Shown here: positions 35,401 through 37,586 of the stretch, piece by piece
How the letters are laid out: each line of letters starts with the position of its first letter
Position numbering within the stretch: position 1 is the stretch's first letter
From: Oopsacas minuta
Taxonomy: Eukaryota > Animalia > Porifera
NCBI GenBank assembly: GCA_024704765.1
Contig: JAKMXF010000069.1
Coordinates: 1-37,586 of the forward strand
Reading direction: 5' to 3'
Length of the DNA stretch: 37,586 bases
Made by a program: the position numbers and the translations under genes
The notes under the pieces: model-generated
Database searches by the model: none
Seen by the model: only the letters and a program-made list of their open reading frames with translations
What the model was told of the DNA's origin: nothing

Positions 35401-35787
35401 CTGGAAATGAACTTCGAGCACTACTAAACCACCACCCACTAAACCTACCAACTACACACCAAATAAGATCTTGAAAATGAATGAAGTATTCGATATTTAT
35501 GCCACGAAGTGTTTTGTAGTCACCTGACTCTTGGTTTGACACAAAATACTAACGAATTATTTCACAAAGTCATCTGGAACTTCTGTGTCCCAAGGCTAAA
35601 TATCTTTCTCCACGAAACATTCGCATTAGCACAGCCATCGCAGTTGCTGTTTTCAATGAGGGAGAACTCTGCCTTTATGGTTATATGCTTGACCTTAACC
35701 TCAATCCTTATTCTTCTTTTAGATCAGTAGTCAAACCTGATCACGTCAAAGATCACCACCGGAAGTATATCAAGAAGGCTAATATCC
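32436..35787 (+). pseudogene. Kolobok-type / Mutator-like (PF20700-like) transposase pseudogene split by a Tc1 (33871-35227) and cut at its 3' end by the RAG1-like element
   Basis: CSYC..CASC; TAVSFDSSWKTRGYYS; KVLDYALLNRTCEKC; NHSGSSQSME; FIGDGDSK; KEECFVH; HHVSGDHSNC..WCRW; TQNTNELFHKVIW; AVAVFNEG. Confidence 0.75.
33871..35227 (-). mobile_element. Tc1 DD34E element with frameshifted transposase (34986-34009)
   Basis: TIRs share TCCCA(C/T)AATTATTGGCA; TA TSD at 33869-33870 and 35228-35229; LQEDNSPVH, WPP..SPDLAPIENL. Confidence 0.9.
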
Positions 35788-37403
35788 CACAGTGACTTAA
35801 AATGGGAGTTAGTAAAGAATGGGTATTTCATTTGAAATAGACATATATAATGTATTATTAGCATATAGGTTATCATATGCTAGGAATCATTTGGTGCATT
35901 CAAAATTTTTATAAGGTTTCTATATATCATGTTCTGACGTCATAGCTTTATGCTGAATTTTGTTTTTCTTTAATATCTGATTATATAACAATGTTAGCCC
36001 TATAAATTGTATTATTTGGGTATAGTATATCATATCCATGGAAGCAATTATAACTGTTAGAAATACAAAATAATTCATAATTTTTATAAAATGACGTCAT
36101 ACACAATTTTGCTTCTGTACTTCATACTTCTAAATGCGTTTTTAGAATTTATTCATATCTTTTTTTTGATAATATATATATCAATTATAACAATTTCTTG
36201 ATAAAAACAATAAGCACTTATTGTATTATTTATTCACTAACATTCAGCAAACTACGTTGTTACAATATCCTATCAATAATAAGGCCCTTGACGATGTTAT
36301 CAATAGATGATTCTAATAAATCTGTTGCATTGTCTCTACAGCACTTAGCTCTTCGGGCATGACCGTGTTTTCCGCACTTTTCGCACACCACTGTCCATCG
36401 ATATTTCATTAACACAGGATCGCTTTCAGATGAGAGCCTAACAAATATATCAATGACATTATCCTCGAAGGAAGTTTTCCTTGCTAGATGTTCCCTATAT
36501 TTCCTGATTAATTTGTTGCAGGCTTCGGATCCCTCTTCGCTAAAGCATTTCAATCCATACCCAAAGTTCATCTCTCTCAGTATTTCTTCAGAATGGGCTA
36601 GTAATTTATGTAAAGTCGGTGTAATGTTCACCCAGGGAAAGGATTGAAGAATAAGGAGATAGGTGTCTGTAAAAAGGTTACCCAATTTTTCTGTATTGAT
36701 TTTTCTGTCTGAATTTATGATTCTCAGAATGACAGATAATTGTGTGTGCAATTTACAAAGTTAGTCTCTATGATCAATCTTAACCAAAGACATTGCGCAT
36801 TCAATAAACTTGGTGTCATTTTAAAAAGCTCTTCGAGCCACACCACCAGTGGAAGTAGTACCTCCTTTGGGGTCTGGTTGGTCAATTCTTAGACTTGTTA
36901 CTTCTTGAACTATGGTTCGCACATCCATCATAGAGTCCTTAATTTCTTTTGATGACGCTGACCATGTGAGCTTGTTACAATTCAGGTGGTACACAAGTAA
37001 ATTAAACCATCTAAAAATGCACGTATAGGAATGTAAGGGAGAAGCAGGTAGAATATCTATTGTTGATAATGGTTGGTGAGTCAGGTTAAATCTTTGATTT
37101 GTTGGTAATGAAAAGAAAGCATCAATGTCTTCCAGTTCTCCAAATAATTGAATTGCGTCTGAAATGTTTCTATTGATGGGATAGCCTTGCAAAATTAAAT
37201 CACGATCTTTTAGTTCTTTCTGCGTTGCAGTACATAGTTGGCAACTCGCACCTCCTGCTCCTGAGAGAATACTTGCCATTTTACCATCAAGCATTGATCA
37301 GACAACATCGATAAATATATGTCTATCATCGGCAAAATAGAAACCTTGGTCCTTCATTTGATCAGTTTCGGGATTGATGATATCTTTCATAAATTGGTGA
37401 ATA
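35788..37403 (-). mobile_element. 3' part of a second, divergent Transib/RAG1-like element
   Basis: End CACAGTG-19bp-AAAGAATGG at 35788-35822; shares GTTAGTAAAGAAT at the same offset with the 3' end of the first copy; interrupted at TA 37402-37403. Confidence 0.9.
36260..37401 (-). pseudogene. RAG1-like/Transib transposase C-terminal half, few lesions
   Basis: MLDGKM, CQLC, PLHSYTCIFRWF, IDQPDPKGGTTSTGGVARRAF, PWVNITPTLHKLLAH, FSEEGSEACNKLIRKYR, SDP, CEKCGKHGHARRAKCC. Confidence 0.93.
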
Positions 37404-37586
37404 CAGGGTTGGGCATAAGTTCTGCCACAATATTATAATCCAGCCAAAAATTATTCCATTAGTTATTTGTATCTGTCATTTAGCTCGAACTTTGTTATAA
37501 TATATATTTTTCACTCTTTCCCTGAAATTTTATATTATCTTAGCCTTTTGAAGCGATAATTGGTCATGGAGCAAGAGAGGTCGAAA
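37404..37586. mobile_element. One end of a maT-like element inserted in the second RAG1-like gene
   Basis: ta|CAGGGTTGGGCATAAGTTCTGCCACA resembles the other maT TIRs in the window; the RAG1-like reading stops at this TA. Confidence 0.75.

Noticed and set aside
1-37586. Single-strand orientation bias as in flamenco-type piRNA clusters
   Set aside because: Transposase genes lie on both strands with no clear excess

Overview
AT-rich eukaryotic DNA with no recognisable host gene. It carries a spliceosomal GT-AG intron and animal-type transposon families; an early-branching metazoan such as a sponge is a guess, not shown. The window is almost entirely decayed, nested DNA transposons: Tc1 DD34E, ITm DD37E, maT DD37D, mariner DD34D, hAT (Buster-type, ZMYM1-type and hATm-like), MULE, Chapaev3-like CMC, Kolobok/Mutator-like, PIF/Harbinger and Transib/RAG1-like. 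The main result is a RAG1-like/Transib family in two divergent copies: 10423-13700 (both ends, 5-bp TSD ACGGG) and 35788-37403 (3' part). Its ends start with the RSS heptamer CACAGTG and carry a shared 9-mer (AAAGAATRG) 10 bp from the heptamer at the 5' end but 19 bp at the 3' end, an asymmetry reminiscent of the 12/23 rule. The decayed protein combines a RAG1 NBD-like region, a Transib-like DDE core and a C-terminal CX2CX3GHX5-6C tail, with no room for a RAG2-like gene. The second highlight is a 1.86-kb foldback element built from two ~870-bp copies of the same hAT-like 5' end, flanked by a perfect 8-bp TSD. All boundaries and alignments were read by eye; no searches were run.
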